DNA of 55,031 nt from Octopus bimaculoides. Lineage: Eukaryota. Below, piece by piece: positions 37,331 through 51,290 of this stretch. The position numbers were made by a program, and so were the translations under genes. The stretch is from contig NC_068988.1 of NCBI RefSeq assembly GCF_001194135.2, positions 46,086,463-46,141,493 on the forward strand, written 5' to 3'. The notes beneath the pieces were generated by a model. It was not told the DNA's origin. It saw only the letters and a program-made list of their open reading frames with translations, and searched no databases. How positions within the stretch are numbered: the first letter of the stretch is position 1; each line of letters opens with the position of its first letter.

Positions 37331-40300
37331 AAATAAGGCCTAAAATTATTAGCTGCCAAAGACAACTGCACAACTGCAAAATCTAATTGTATGAATAGAA
37401 TTTCAAAATATTCCTATCTTTCAAAATATAGGAAGAAAATTATCAAATGTGAAATTTAAAAGAGTACGTTATAAGAATTGTAAAACCGAAACTAAAATAG
37501 AGATAATGGAAACCATTAAATGTATTCAGATTACCATATAACACAGGTGTTTCAAAAATTGAAAACAGCAAAGGAGATTATACAAAGACTTCCTGCCATC
37601 AGGTCTGAGCTAATCTGAATTTTCTGAAAAAATAATTTATGCAATTAATATTTAAAAGTTTCTTTATATATATATATACGTATTTACTCAAGAAATCCCA
37701 TACTCTGCAGTAGAAATGTTAAGGCTGCTTCCCATGGTAAAGAGGATTGGCTTGCAAGAGTTGTGTGCTGGTGCCACGTAAAAAGCACTTTTGCCAGTGC
37801 CACGTAATAGCGCTCATGTGGTGTCAGGCAAGGCATCTAGCTGTAGAAACCATGCCAAATCTGACTGGAGCCTGGTTCAGCTCTCCAGTTTGCTAGCACA
37901 GGTCAGGCCACCCAACCCATGGCAGCATGGAAAATGGATGTTATATGATGATGATGATGATGATGATGATCAACGGCCTTTAATGTTGTTTTCCCTGTTT
38001 AATTTTTCCTGTCTTGGTTTTTGTTTGCTATCTTGGAACCCTCCGCTTAGCAGGTTAATCCACTTTGCGGGAAGAGCTATTCTAAGAACACATTCTGCCT
38101 CATTTTCGAAACGCCTAGTTTAGAATAGAGGCAGCTGATGAAGGAAAAGTTCCATAAGTGGCTCGTCTCTTTTCCTATGTGTTCATTCTGTTGTCTGTAA
38201 AAAAAAGTCCGTTTTTATGTGCCTTGTTCCTGTTCCTTTTTTGATGTCCTGTACCCGGATATGCATCTATATATACATGTAAATGTAGGTATGTACATAT
38301 ATGTATGTATACATGCATATGCTCGTATATCATTTGTATTATATATATATATATATATATATATACAAAGAGAGAGAGTGAGTGAGAGAAAGAGAGAGAG
38401 GGGGGGAGAAAGAGTTGTTTATGTCTAAAAAACCCAACTGATTTGCTGTAGATGGAAATGGTGGCAAAAGTATCTCAGCAAAAATTTTGCCTTCTCACAA
38501 CTCTGAGGTACTTGTTCACATGTACGAACATATGAGTGTACCCATGTGTGTATGCATGTATATGTACATCTGTGTACTTATATAAGCATGCATGTATGTA
38601 CATTTGTTTACCTGTGTAGATTTTGATGTATTTTGAAAGCGAAATTTCTTTCATGCATATGCAGTCGAAAGGTCATCCATATGTCCATTTTTATCAGTTT
38701 AATGTTAAGTTATACATTTCTTTAAATCTAAAGTTAGATTAAAGATCAGACTAACAAGGTTAAATTTTGACTGACATTTTAAATATTGTTGACTAATTTT
38801 TAGTTATTTATTCCCAAATTTTCAGGGCACAAACAAATATAACATTTATGTAATAGTATGATCTTCATTTCCAAATATATTTACATACAAACATGATCCG
38901 ATGTATCGCCTTCCCCTCCTCTACCCGCACCCCTCGTCGTCGTCATAATCATAATCATCATCATCATTATTGTTTTCACGTCTGTTTTTCCGTACTTCCA
39001 TAGGTTAGATGGTATTTGTTCTGCCAGATTTTCTATGGTTGAATGCATTTCTTGTTGGTTGCTAACAGTTGTCTGTTACCAAACAAGGTGATATTGCAGG
39101 ATATGTTTCACAGATGATTAGAAATGGAGGACACTGCCTATATGACAGTGACGTTCATTTACAAGCATTACATAATGTCAGGACAAGGACATACATATAC
39201 ACCAATACAAAAATATACAGAGGTTTGCATGTGCACACACATGTATATATATGTAAGTATGTATATATATATATATATACATATAAATNNNNNNNNNNNN
39301 NNNNNNNNNNNNNNNNNNNNNNNNNNNNNNNNNNNNNNNNNNNNNNNNNNNNNNNNNNNNNNNNNNNNNNNNNNNNNNNNNNNNNNNNNNNNNNNNNNNN
39401 NNNNNNNNNNNNNNNNNNNNNNNNNNNNNNNNNNNNNNNNNNNNNNNNNNNNNNNNNNNNNNNNNNNNNNNNNNNNNNNNNNNNNNNNNNNNNNNNNNNN
39501 NNNNNNNNNNNNNNNNNNNNNNNNNNNNNNNNNNNNNNNNNNNNNNNNNNNNNNNNNNNNNNNNNNNNNNNNNNNNNNNNNNNNNNNNNNNNNNNNNNNN
39601 NNNNNNNNNNNNNNNNNNNNNNNNNNNNNNNNNNNNNNNNNNNNNNNNNNNNNNNNNNNNNNNNNNNNNNNNNNNNNNNNNNNNNNNNNNNNNNNNNNNN
39701 NNNNNNNNNNNNNNNNNNNNNNNNNNNNNNNNNNNNNNNNNNNNNNNNNNNNNNNNNNNNNNNNNNNNNNNNNNNNNNNNNNNNNNNNNNNNNNNNNNNN
39801 NNNNNNNNNNNNNNNNNNNNNNNNNNNNNNNNNNNNNNNNNNNNNNNNNNNNNNNNNNNNNNNNNNNNNNNNNNNNNNNNNNNNNNNNNNNNNNNNNNNN
39901 NNNNNNNNNNNNNNNNNNNNNNNNNNNNNNNNNNNNNNNNNNNNNNNNNNNNNNNNNNNNNNNNNNNNNNNNNNNNNNNNNNNNNNNNNNNNNNNNNNNN
40001 NNNNNNNNNNNNNNNNNNNNNNNNNNNNNNNNNNNNNNNNNNNNNNNNNNNNNNNNNNNNNNNNNNNNNNNNNNNNNNNNNNNNNNNNNNNNNNNNNNNN
40101 NNNNNNNNNNNNNNNNNNNNNNNNNNNNNNNNNNNNNNNNNNNNNNNNGAGCAACGAGAGGTAGAGAGAGAGAGAGATAGTAGTAGTAACGGTGAGAGGC
40201 GAAGGCCGAGTAACAAGAGAGAGAGAGAGAGAGAGAGAGAAGTAGTGACAGGTAGAGGCGAAGAACAGTAGAGGGAAGAATGAGAGGAGGAGATAAAAAT

Positions 40301-41567
40301 AGAGAGAGTCGCGTTAGAAAAATAGTTAAAAACTTACTGTATAAAGGTAACGCGTGCGTTCTGTCGTGATACAAACAATATAAGAGTATATGCATATATA
40401 TGTACATGTATGTATATACGTTCACATACATACGTGCATATATGTATACATGGCTGAGTGGTTAGAGTGTTGCATTCATGATTGCGTGATTGTGGGTTCA
40501 ATTCCCAGACCGAGCATTGCATTGCATTGAGCAAAACACTTCATTTCACATTGCTCTGCAATCATTTCATTATCTGACATGTGGCACGTGATGCACCTGT
40601 ACATGTAATGTCGATTTGATGGAGTGAGTAAGCTTATGTGTATACAAACATTTGATCACTATAAGCAAATTGTTTGTGTGATTGTTCGGCAAGAAATTAC
40701 CGAACACTCATATGTTGTCTAATGACAAGAGAGTCCATGATATATGCATGCATATATACATACACAATCATTATTTACATTAATTACATTTGATTAATTA
40801 CATTAATTACCAACAAGATGAGGACAAATATCCGTCAAATGTAAATAATGCAAATAATGTTCATAATTTCTCATCTCTTAAATATAGAACTATAACGGAC
40901 AGTCAAGACTATTGATAAGGTTGCAAGACGTGACGAAAATTTTAGGGAAATAAAAAGAAAAACAAGTGGAAATTTTACCAGTGAGTGTGTTAAATTTTAA
41001 GGCACAATAAGAAAATGACTCTCCCCAGAAACAACAGAATATACATATACGACGTCTTACATTTACTGTGTGCCAATTCCACTCACCAGGCTTTTTAGTT
41101 GACATGGGGCTATAGTAGAAAACCCCAGATTGCCACGTGCCATGAGACCAAATCCATTGAAAATAAATAGTATTGAAAATTAAATTGAGAGTTTAAATCA
41201 TAACTTGTCTCGTGGTTTCACTGTTTCTGATCTTCAGGTTAGAACAGTTACAAGTAAGTATTAGTAACGTATTTATATCCGTTGGTCTGGTGCTCATGTT
41301 TGTTCTTTAGCTGGATTTTATGTTTATTGATGGGGTTATTTTTTTATTGGGCATTTCCTTATTTATAGTTTATCTTTAATGTAAAATGTTAAGCCAAAAA
41401 AACAAAAAAACAAAAAAAAAACATCAGTTCAATGGCTATAAATACACTTCAAATACTGGGTTGTAATAGTTCTCGTTTGACCATGGCACTGGTATGAAAC
41501 TCAAGTCAAAAGACAAAATGTTTTAGTCATTCCTATTTCATGTGTCCAAACAGTGTACGAATAATAT

Positions 41568-42075
41568 ATCATCATCATCATCATCATCGTCGTCGTTTAA
41601 CGTCCACTTTCCATGCTAGCATGGGTTGGACGATTTGACTGAGGACTGGTGAAACCAGATGGCTACACCAGGCTCCAATCTGATTTGGCAGAGTTTCTAC
41701 AGCTGGATGCCCTTCCAAACGTCAACCACTCCGAGAGTGCAGTGGGTGCTTTTACGTGCCACCGGCATGAAGGCCAGTCAGGCGGTACTGGCCACGGCCA
41801 TGCTCAAAATGGTATATTTTATATGCCACCTGCACAGGAGCCAGTTCGGTGGCACTGGCAATGATCTTGCTCGAATGACTTTACACATGCCATCCGGCAC
41901 AAGTGCCAGGGAGGCGCTGCTGGGCACAGGTGCCATGACGATTTCGCTTTTGCTTTCCCCAACAGGTCTTCACAAGCCGACTTTTGTGTCCAATGAAGGA
42001 GACGACATTGGCATGGGTGTCAGTCGTCGAATCTAATTCGATTTTGATTTCACTTGCCTCAACAGGTCTTCGCAT
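41568..42075 (-). mobile_element. RTE-like LINE 3'UTR copy
   Basis: (CAT)n-cgtttaacgtcc..gctggatgcccttcc..; further copies at 3780-3950(-), 7463-7730(-), 10620-10725(+), 12467-12757(+), 19245-19590(-), 37755-37970(+) and 45425-45582(+). Confidence 0.8.
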
Positions 42076-42595
42076 ATATGTTTGTGTAAACATATATGTG
42101 TGTGTGTGTGTGTGTGTGAGAGAGTATGTATTATTACAAATATTTATTATTGTGGCAGCTTGAACATTCTATACTTTGCAGTAAGTAGCGATATTTTCTA
42201 TCTTGGACTGGAAAATTGGACATTTTGAAGGAAGGTGTTTCTAGTCTAAAATAAAACCAACGGTTGCAGTAAGGTATTGGAATTTGTATTTCTCAGAATA
42301 AATTTATACTCTACAAATTCGCCTGTATTAAGGGCTCCACACTCTTTCAAATGTAACATTATAAAGTACAACTTATTTACTCATACTATACATATGCACA
42401 TGTGTGTGTGTTCAAGTGAATATATCTGTATAAATACATACACATATGTGCACATAAATACATACAGATATGCACACATAAACACATACACGCACTCAAA
42501 TATATATGTATTTATGTGTATATATATATATGTGTATTATATATATATATTTATATTTAGATAGATCGATAGATAGATAGACAGACAGACAGATT

Positions 42596-42641
<46 letters not shown>

Positions 42642-43063
42642 CAGAGAGATATAAAACTAGACAAATAAGCTTATCAGCTTTCGGAAATGCATTGGTGGAT
42701 AATTTTTTTAATGGATTTTAATACTCCAACAACATAGCTTTCACCCGAACTTATACGCAATTATTCAATAACAAAAGATAGCTGCAATTTTAGAATTTAA
42801 AATGTCGGAGTTGTCATCCAATTTTCTAAACTTTGACTGCATAAGTGCAAATATTTTCACACGGAACATATGATATCAAACTTTAAACTTGAACTGCATT
42901 AAAGGAATGCACACACACACACACACACATGCATATGCATGTATGTTAATGTGTATATATGTATATATGCATCTATCAAAAGTTGACCATCAATTTTTGA
43001 TATAAATATCAACGCACTCTATCCAACTTATTGAGTTCTTATATTGGTTAATATTTACACAAT

Positions 43064-43465
43064 GGGCACAGGAGTGGCTGTGTGGTAAGTAGCTTACTTA
43101 CCAACCAAATGGTTCCAGGTTCAGTCCCACTGCATGGCACCTTAGGCAAGTGTATTCTACGATAACCTCGGGCTGACCAAAGCCTTGTGAGTGAATTTGG
43201 TAGACAGAAACTGAAAGAAGGCTGTCGTATATATATGCTTGTGTGTGTATATATTTGTGTGTCTGCTTGTCCCCCCAATATCGCTTGACAACCAGTGGTG
43301 GGGTGTTTACGTCCCCGTAACTTAGCGGTTCGGCAAAAGAAACAGATAGAATAAGTACTAGGCTTCCAAAGAATAAGTCCTAGAGTTGATTTGCTCGACT
43401 AAAGGCAGTGCTCAAGCATGGCCGCAGTCAAATGACTGAAACAAGTAAAAGAGTAAAAAGAGAGA
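43064..43465 (+). mobile_element. Full-length tRNA-derived SINE family A (CORE-like centre, internal TA/CA microsatellite)
   Basis: tRNA-like head TGGCTGTGTGG..GGTTCAGTCC, CCTTAGGCAAGTG centre, tail GACTGAAACAAGTAAAAG; many copies in the window. Confidence 0.8.
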
Positions 43466-44284
43466 GAATGTAAAAATATTTTTTTAATGTATTTTACATT
43501 TAAACATGATAAATATTGATATGTGTGTACTTCTGGTTTGCTGTACTTTTTTATGAGTCTCAATCACCGAAAATGTATTCTACATTTTCAATATCATTTA
43601 ATTGTTTCTCTAATACATTAAAATTGCAACTCTTTTTGAATAAATCTTAATAAACTCCTCATTTGCCTCCAATGACAAGTTTTATTTCAGTTTTCTAGTT
43701 TGTAATATAAACTCTAATTGTCCTTTCTCCACTTTATTTATCCTTTTCTGATTAATTATTTAATCAAGAAATGCATCTTTTTATCTCAATTTATTCCTTT
43801 ATCTTGGTATGCACATGAGTGTGTATGTGTGTGTGTGTGAGCATATATATGTGTACATACATGTATGCAGCCACTTTTCTGCGTGACTACTTCTCAGCAT
43901 AACAATTATTTATTGATTTGGAAGTCATCAACACAGTTCTTTTTTGGGACCTTACTTATACATTTTTAATATTGCCTTTCAATTTTTAACCTTTTCCTTT
44001 AAAATGTGGGACTTTCAGTTGTTAAACTTTCATTGTGTTGCATTTTCATTTTATTTTAAACACTATCCTTTTTCCCCTGAGACATTTGTCTCTCTAACAC
44101 ACATGCGCACACACAGACACAGACAGACACACACACACACACACATTGATGTGTAATGTGTTCCAAGTGCCTTGAAGAAAATATTTTGGCACTGAGACAC
44201 TTTTACTGCTGTAAGATATTTAGTAATATAAAACAATGTACACTGTAAATCATCCTCATATTTGGTTGCTTTTTCCTTCTCAGC

Positions 44285-44660
44285 CTTCTGTTGGTGTGTT
44301 TATGTCCCCATAACTTAGCAGTCTTTCATAAGAGACCGATAGAATAAGTACTAGACTTACAAAAAATAAGTCCAGAGGTGCTCCAGCGTAACTGCAGTCA
44401 TAGGACTGAAACAAATAAAACATAAAAGAATATATGTATATATATGTATGGCTTTTTGTCTGTTTGTCCCCCATCACCACACAACAACTGGTGTTGGTGT
44501 GTTTATGTCTCTGTAACTTAGCGATTCAGCAAAACAGACCAATTTAATAAGTACCGGGCTTTAGAAATTAAAGTACTGGAGTCAAATTCTTTGACTAAAA
44601 CCTTTTAAAGCAGTGCCTAACATGGCTGCAGTCAGAAAACTGAAACAAGTGAAAGATTAA
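44285..44660 (+). mobile_element. Two tandem 3' halves of SINE family A
   Basis: Repeated ttggtgtgtttatgtc..taacttagc..gactgaaac blocks. Confidence 0.7.
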
Positions 44661-45668
44661 AACGATTAAAGATAAAAAAGTAAGTGATAAGATATTTTCT
44701 ATTTAAAATCTACCTTATACTCTGATGAAATGATTATCTCCCTTGCAATAGCCTGTGACTGCTAAGGGAGCCACATGTGCTTAAATTGTAACTGTGATTT
44801 CATGAAAATTCATTTTAAGCTACCGAAGATAGTCAAGGCTTGTGTGATTATTCACAGATGTCTGTTCCGTTATGCATACGAGGAAATACAATATAGAAAT
44901 ACCAGCTTGAAATGAACGTCTACACCTCAAAATTATTTTGACAAATGATTTCTGAAATTGTTTGTTGCAAAAACTGAAAATATTGTCTAGTATAAAATAT
45001 TTTCACAAGATAAATATTCCCTGGTAAGTATTATTGTCTATGAAAGCATTAAGATCAGTAAGGAAGTGTCAAAAAGTGTGTTCTTTATGGAGGTACCATA
45101 TGTATTTCAGATTTCATGTCCTTCACCTTGCATTTTCTTCAGATGATGCTGGCTGACTAAGCATTTCCTTCCTCACATTCAATGGCTTTCAATACATACA
45201 TATTTAATTTTTTTCTCCATGAAGTATTGAGTTTATTATTCATATGTTCAGATCTTAGTGTATCACCTCTCTCTCTCTCTCTCTCTCTCTCTGAAGTAGA
45301 AATGCTTTTCCTTTGTTGCAAGACACCATTTCCTTTTCCTCAATGTGACTCCCTCCTCAGTAGAGGCATCTTGTCTCGCAAAATACTTTATGACCTCACT
45401 GCTGTTGGTTCTACATTAAAAGCATCCAGAACAATTTATAACGTAGTTGGCTTTAGGAAGGGCATTTGACCTTACAAACCATACCAAAGCAGACAGTAGT
45501 CCTTGGTGTAGTCTTCTGACCTGCCAGTCCCTGTCAAACCATTCAACCTATGCAAGCATGGAATATGGACTTCAAATGATGATCTCACACACACACACAC
45601 ATGCACAAACATACATACAGACATACATTTATAGAAAAAGAATGATAGATAGATAGATAGATAAATAA

Positions 45669-45705
<37 letters not shown>

Positions 45706-46090
45706 CTGAGGTCACATCTCCTTGAAATGATTCATGATATTTTCATTTGTCTACAAGTCAGAATATAAAAGCACACTAATAGAAATTTTGAGCAGTTATA
45801 TTTGATGTATTCAAATAATGTATCCTTGGTTATGGCATATTATCAATCAGGAAGTTACGATTGGCTTTTGCATCTCCTACTGTAGTTGGCAATTTAGACA
45901 ACACATTAGACATGCTGACTGAAAGCACATAGCCTCTTTACTGATGGAGGTAAATATAGTTTCTTGGTCAAGCACCTTCTTGAATTCAATAAGTGAGATT
46001 TTTATATACTGCCCACATGACAGAAAATTCATTTTGGAAATGTGGTCTTTGCATTTACAAATTAGAAAAAGGAAAAAAATGTATGCCAGT

Positions 46091-46177
46091 ACAGCTGACC
46101 CACTTTAGCCATAGTTGATCCACTTCATCCACAGCTGACCCACTTCAGCCACAGCTGACTCAATACAACCACAGCTT
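46091..46177 (+). repeat. 20-bp minisatellite, ~4 units (ACAGCTGACCCACTTCAGCC-like)
   Basis: Direct reading. Confidence 0.7.
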
Positions 46178-46399
46178 GGGTCATACATGGAGGGACAACA
46201 TTTCTTTTCCTCTGAGAAGGGTTTTTCTATCGTTTTTCACCATCAAACTGGCTAAAACCGTATATTTTTGCTTCCATCAGTAAAGAAGCTATGTGTCTCC
46301 AACCAGCATGTCTTATAGGCCGTCTATATGTTCAAGTGCAATAGTAGATGCAAAACAAATGGTAAATTTCTGACTAGTTATATGTTATAACTAAAGATA

Positions 46400-46582
46400 T
46401 ACCATATTTTAACGTGTATAAGGAACCCTTTTTGTCAAAAATTAGGCTAAAAAAATATGGGAGTTTCTTATATATGAATAGTATCACAATCCCTTACAAA
46501 ACTATTTTTCCAAATTTTAAGCACCCAAAATTAGGGGTTCCTTATATACAAGAGTTCCTTATACATGTTAAAATACCATAGT
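46400..46582. mobile_element. Small pogo/Tigger-like MITE
   Basis: TIRs tattttaacgtgtataaggaac / gttccttatacatgttaaaata (1 mismatch in 22); left end TACCATATTT. Confidence 0.5.
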
Positions 46583-46604
46583 ACTTGAACACATGAAAGT
46601 ATCT

Positions 46605-46775
<171 letters not shown>

Positions 46776-47578
46776 NNNNNNNNNNNNNNNNNNNNNNNNN
46801 NNNNNNNNNNNNNNNNNNNNNNNNNNNNNNNNNNNNNNNNNNNNNNNNNNNNNNNNNNNNNNNNNNNNNNNNNNNNNNNNNNNNNNNNNNNNNNNNNNNN
46901 NNNNNNNNNNNNNNNNNNNNNNNNNNNNNNNNNNNNNNNNNNNNNNNNNNNNNNNNNNNNNNNNNNNNNNNNNNNNNNNNNNNNNNNNNNNNNNNNNNNN
47001 NNNNNNNNNNNNNNNNNNNNNNNNNNNNNNNNNNNNNNNNNNNNNNNNNNNNNNNNNNNNNNNNNNNNNNNNNNNTATATATAAAGAGAGAGAGAGAGAG
47101 AGAGAGAGAGAATTAAGTAAAGCCATAATCCACCAGGAAACAACAAGGACTTAGTTTTGATGCAATATATGTCAGCAAAAAGCCTAGTATTGTTTATTCA
47201 AGAATGTACTCAAGCACACCACTGCAAGTATTTGGAACGATTGTTAGACACACAGTGCTCAAGTTATAGTATTATTATAATGGCAATAGAGAAGACGATG
47301 TCAACATTTACCCTAGAAACCCAATGACATTTAGAAGGAATAAATTTCTCATATATTGAGTCTTGACTCAACCCAAAATATATTCTTAGTCTTATGTCCC
47401 AGCAGGGAAAAATAATAAAATTAAATGGTAAAAATATAATTTATTTTTTATCTTACACCTCTTCAACCACCACCTCTTCAACAACCACCTCTTCTTCCCT
47501 CACCAATCTATTATTTCCAACTAAAAAAAATTGGTGTTTTTAGTTTTATCACATTTGTATACTTGCTTGATTGATTAC

Positions 47579-47615
47579 TTCAGTGTCCACTCTGGTATCT
47601 CAGGAACTACTGGAG
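47579..47615 (-). CDS. Coding exon (37 nt, phase 1-2): SPVVPEIPEWTLK
   Basis: Acceptor taaacattttag, donor gtaatc; phase matches the 51159-51290 exon upstream and the 35051-35096 exon downstream. Confidence 0.6.
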
Positions 47616-48109
47616 CTAAAATGTTTAAGTTTTTTTTTCATCAATGATTAGTATGTCAGATAAATTTTATTGTTGAAATTTTGCTTTTTTTTTTACTATA
47701 GCAAGTTGTTTAGATATTATGTATGCAACACAGCTCTGCTTAACACGTTATATGCTGAGCAAGCTATAAGTTAGCTAAAGAATAAAATTAGTTATATGAT
47801 AAACAAATTGCCATAGAAATACATTCACCCTCTCCCCTACATACATTTAGGTATATAGCAACACTATTTCTTTCAGATACTGGTGATTATTATAGTTATT
47901 AGCACAAAATATTGTCATATACCAACTATATATATAGAAATATAAACTTATACACCTCTAGGTTCATAACAACATGATTTCATTTAGATAGTGGTTTGGT
48001 GGCTATAATAGTTAGTTGTACAAAATGTATTGAGCTACTGACTAGAGTTGCAGGCAAACCTGAGAAAGTTGAATTTTGGTATCTTTGTAATTTTTATCTT
48101 TTTTTTTTT

Positions 48110-48510
48110 TTCAGTAATTTGATTGTGGCCATGCTGGAGCACCCCCTGAATGGATTTTAGTCAAGCAAATAGTCCCAGGTCTTATTTTTTTCAATGTCTC
48201 ATACCTATTCTATTGGTTTCTTTGAGTAAACTGCTAAGTTATGGGGACATAAACACACCAACACCAGTTGTCAAGAAATGATGGAGGACAAATCCAAAAA
48301 CAAAGTCACACCCACATACATATATATATATCCATATGTATATATGATGGGCTTCTTTCAGTTTCTGTCCTCCAAATCTACTCACAAAGCTTTGATCAGC
48401 CTGATGATATAGTAGAAGATACTTGCTCAAGTTGCCATGCTGTGGGATCGAATCCAGAAACATGTGATTGGGAAGCAAGCATCTTACCACACAGCCATAC
48501 CTGTGCCTAT
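48110..48510 (-). mobile_element. SINE family A copy, tandem with the previous one
   Basis: Same head, centre and tail, more diverged. Confidence 0.75.
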
Positions 48511-48524
48511 CCTCTTTTACTCTT

Positions 48525-48810
48525 TTACTTGTTTCATTCTTTTGACTGTGGCCATGCTGGAGCAACGCCTTTAGTCGAGCAAATCGCCCCCAGGACTTAT
48601 TCTTTGGAAGCCTAGTACTTATTCTATCGGTCTCTTTTGCTGAAGCGCTAAGTTACAGGGATGTAAACACACCAGCATCGGTTGTCAAGCAATGTTGGGG
48701 TGACAAACACAGAAACACAAAAACATACACACACACATATATATATATATATATCTATATATATATATATANNNNNNNNNNNNNNNNNNNNNNNNNNNNN
48801 NNNNNNNNNN

Positions 48811-48854
<44 letters not shown>

Positions 48855-49025
48855 CATATATACGACGGCCTTCTTTCAGTTTCCGTCTACCAAATCCACT
48901 CACAAGGCTTTGGTCGGCCCGAGGCTATTGTAGAAGACACTTGCCCAAGGTGCCACGCAGTGGGACTGAACCCGGAGCCATGTGATTAGTAAGCAAGCTA
49001 CTTACTCCACAGCCACTCCTACGCC
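48525..49025 (-). mobile_element. Full-length SINE family A copy
   Basis: Reverse complement of 43064-43465; N-gap falls inside its internal (TA)n. Confidence 0.8.
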
Positions 49026-49254
49026 TATATGAATATTTAAAAAAAATTTTCATCTGGCTTAAGGTACCAACAATATGAGAAGTTACCAATGCCCTTGCAG
49101 ACATATGTCATGGATTTGAAATATTCTAAATAAAAAGGGAAAATAAAAATGATATATGAAATAATCATTCTATTACTATGTCAAATAGATTTAATAGATT
49201 TCTTACTTGAAATACATTTGGATGAAGACAGCAGTGTAAAGAAGAGCTGATCTC

Positions 49255-49745
49255 TAACTGTGGAGGAACCTGTGGTACAAGTAGACCCAAGAAGATATGG
49301 GACGATGTGGTGAAGCATGTTCTTTGAACTTTGAACCTCACAAAGGCAATGACTAGTGACTGAGACCTTTGGTGATGTGCTCTGCTTAAGAGGACCCGTC
49401 AAGCCTAGTGCACCTCATGGAGACAAAGTAGCTGAGTTCCTTTCAAGCATTGGGCCTGACAGATGTAATGACCAAGACCTTTGGCATTACATCATGCTTG
49501 AGAAGAAGACCACAGTCGTGGCAGATATCAGTGTCATACAAATGGCATTTGTGTCAGTAGCACGTAAAAGTACCCATTACACTCTTGGAGTTGTTGGCAT
49601 TAAGAAAGGCAATCAGTTGTAGAAAACCATGCCAAACCAGACTGGAGCCAAGCACAACCTTCCAGCATACCAGCCCAGTCAAACTGCCCAACCCATGCCA
49701 GCATGGACAATGGACGTTAAATGATGATGATGATGATGGTGACGA
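49255..49745 (+). mobile_element. RTE-like LINE 3' end
   Basis: GTCGTSRPKKIWDDVVKH-like remnant followed by the same 3'UTR and (GAT)n. Confidence 0.7.
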
Positions 49746-50711
49746 TGATTGACATCATACTGTTGTTGTATATGAGTGTTACAGTCTAACACACAGTGTC
49801 CTTCATTTCCAGTCTTGGTTAACCTTAAGGAATTATTAATCTTGCTTCAAAACAGGGAGAGATGGTGACAAAAAAAGCATCTGGCTGTGGGAAATCTGTT
49901 TCTATGATGAGATCTGTCTGACCAAGGCAGGCATGGAAAAGAATTTTAAATGATGATAGCAACTGCATATGTATAAAAATATATTCATGCATACCGTATG
50001 TACATAATAACAATGTATTTCAGATATTTCTGTCTATAATAGGTAGTAGTGCAAGTGATTGGCTGAAGTTTCTGGTAATGTGGCTGTCACCATGGTATGA
50101 TATGATTGGAATTGCTATATCCTGTGTTTATGATCTTCAGAAAAGATTGTGAAGATCAAAACAATTTACAAAATATAAACTTTATTCCTATGTTTAAAAA
50201 GTTTTAATAAAAACTACATTTCTACATATACAGGTTTTACTTATTGTAATAATTTTAGAAAATATGCACTCAAGGGTAGCAAAATTCATTTACCAAAATT
50301 CATTTACTCTAGACGCCAGCAGTCTTGAAGCCAACTTTCAATGCAAATTATGTTAAAATCGTGATAACATGCAGAGAAAGACTTTCCTTTCGTTTGATAC
50401 AGAATTGGTTGGTTAAAATCAGCTTCATGTTTCTCCTAATTGCTTACAGAATAGCAGAAGGGAAATTCAACATCTGTAGATTTAATTCAGATTTTCTCAG
50501 GATCTCTGATTAAGTTCCTTTCTTTGCAGTTACTGAATCTTGTAATAACTTTCCTTTTCTAAATTACAATTTCGTAATTTTATTTTCGTTATTATATCGT
50601 TGTACAATTTAGGAAACTATAATTTTTTTTATTAATTACCATCAAATGAATAAAAAGGCCATGTTTCAATGCATCATAAAACTTTTATTTGATTTAACGT
50701 CCAGATATATA

Positions 50712-50930
50712 AGGTGGGAAGCTGGCAGAATTCTTAGCAAATTGGACAAAGTGCTTGGAGGCATTTCTCCCATCTTTACATTCTGAGTTCATATACTGCT
50801 GAAGTCGACATTTTCTTTCATCCTTTTGGGTCACTAAAATAAGTACCAGTCAAGCACTAGGGTCAGTGTAATCAACTAGCCTCTCCCCAAAGAATTTCAG
50901 GCTCTTTGTCTATAGTTGAAAGAATTTAGT
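50712..50930 (+). mobile_element. SINE family B copy
   Basis: gggaagctggcagaattcttagc..ctttcatccttttggg..ataagtaccagt. Confidence 0.7.
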
Positions 50931-51158
50931 GTCCAAATATATCGTTGGGAATGCCAAAAACACTTTTGTTAATAAGTTCTCGTATTCTAGAAAATAAATG
51001 TTAAATATTCATGGTTTTCACTAAAAGATTTTTACTGTTTCAGTTAGTCAACATCTGTATAACTTTGTTTTATAAAGACAAGCTTGGGAGTTTGAAATTA
51101 TTTTTCATGTATTGTCCTAGAATATATTTCAGATACCCACAGCAAATTCAAGACTCAC

Positions 51159-51290
51159 ACACCAAGTCAGTAATGATATTGGTTTTCATTTCTACTGTGA
51201 TACCTAGACCACCAGCTGCTGGCAGCATATCATAGCCAGAGTTAATAAATACCACCTGAGGATAATCTTCAGACACACTGTGAAATCTTT
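51159..51290 (-). CDS. Internal coding exon of an unidentified minus-strand gene (phase 1-1, 132 nt): (E)RFHSVSEDYPQVVFINSGYDMLPAAGGLGITVEMKTNIITDLV
   Basis: Acceptor ctgtttctttag and donor gtgagt on the minus strand; only one of the three frames is open; non-repetitive, protein-like translation. Confidence 0.8.

Noticed and set aside
38120-38170. CTGATGA plus hairpin resembling a hammerhead (also 4084, 7350, 27060)
   Set aside because: The GAAA half or stem I/III pairing is missing in these copies.
41745-41935. Regularly spaced direct repeats resembling a CRISPR array
   Set aside because: These are internal tandem units of a LINE 3'UTR; the spacers are homologous to each other and no cas genes are present.
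41238-45023. Plus-strand micro-exon candidates (18908-18924, 41238-41253, 45010-45023) with good AG/GT sites
   Set aside because: They are 14-17 nt long, expected by chance in 55 kb of AT-rich DNA, and give no recognisable peptide.
50449-50474. 26-nt minus exon candidate YVEFPFCYS with GTAAGC donor
   Set aside because: It ends in phase 0, which breaks the otherwise consistent exon chain.
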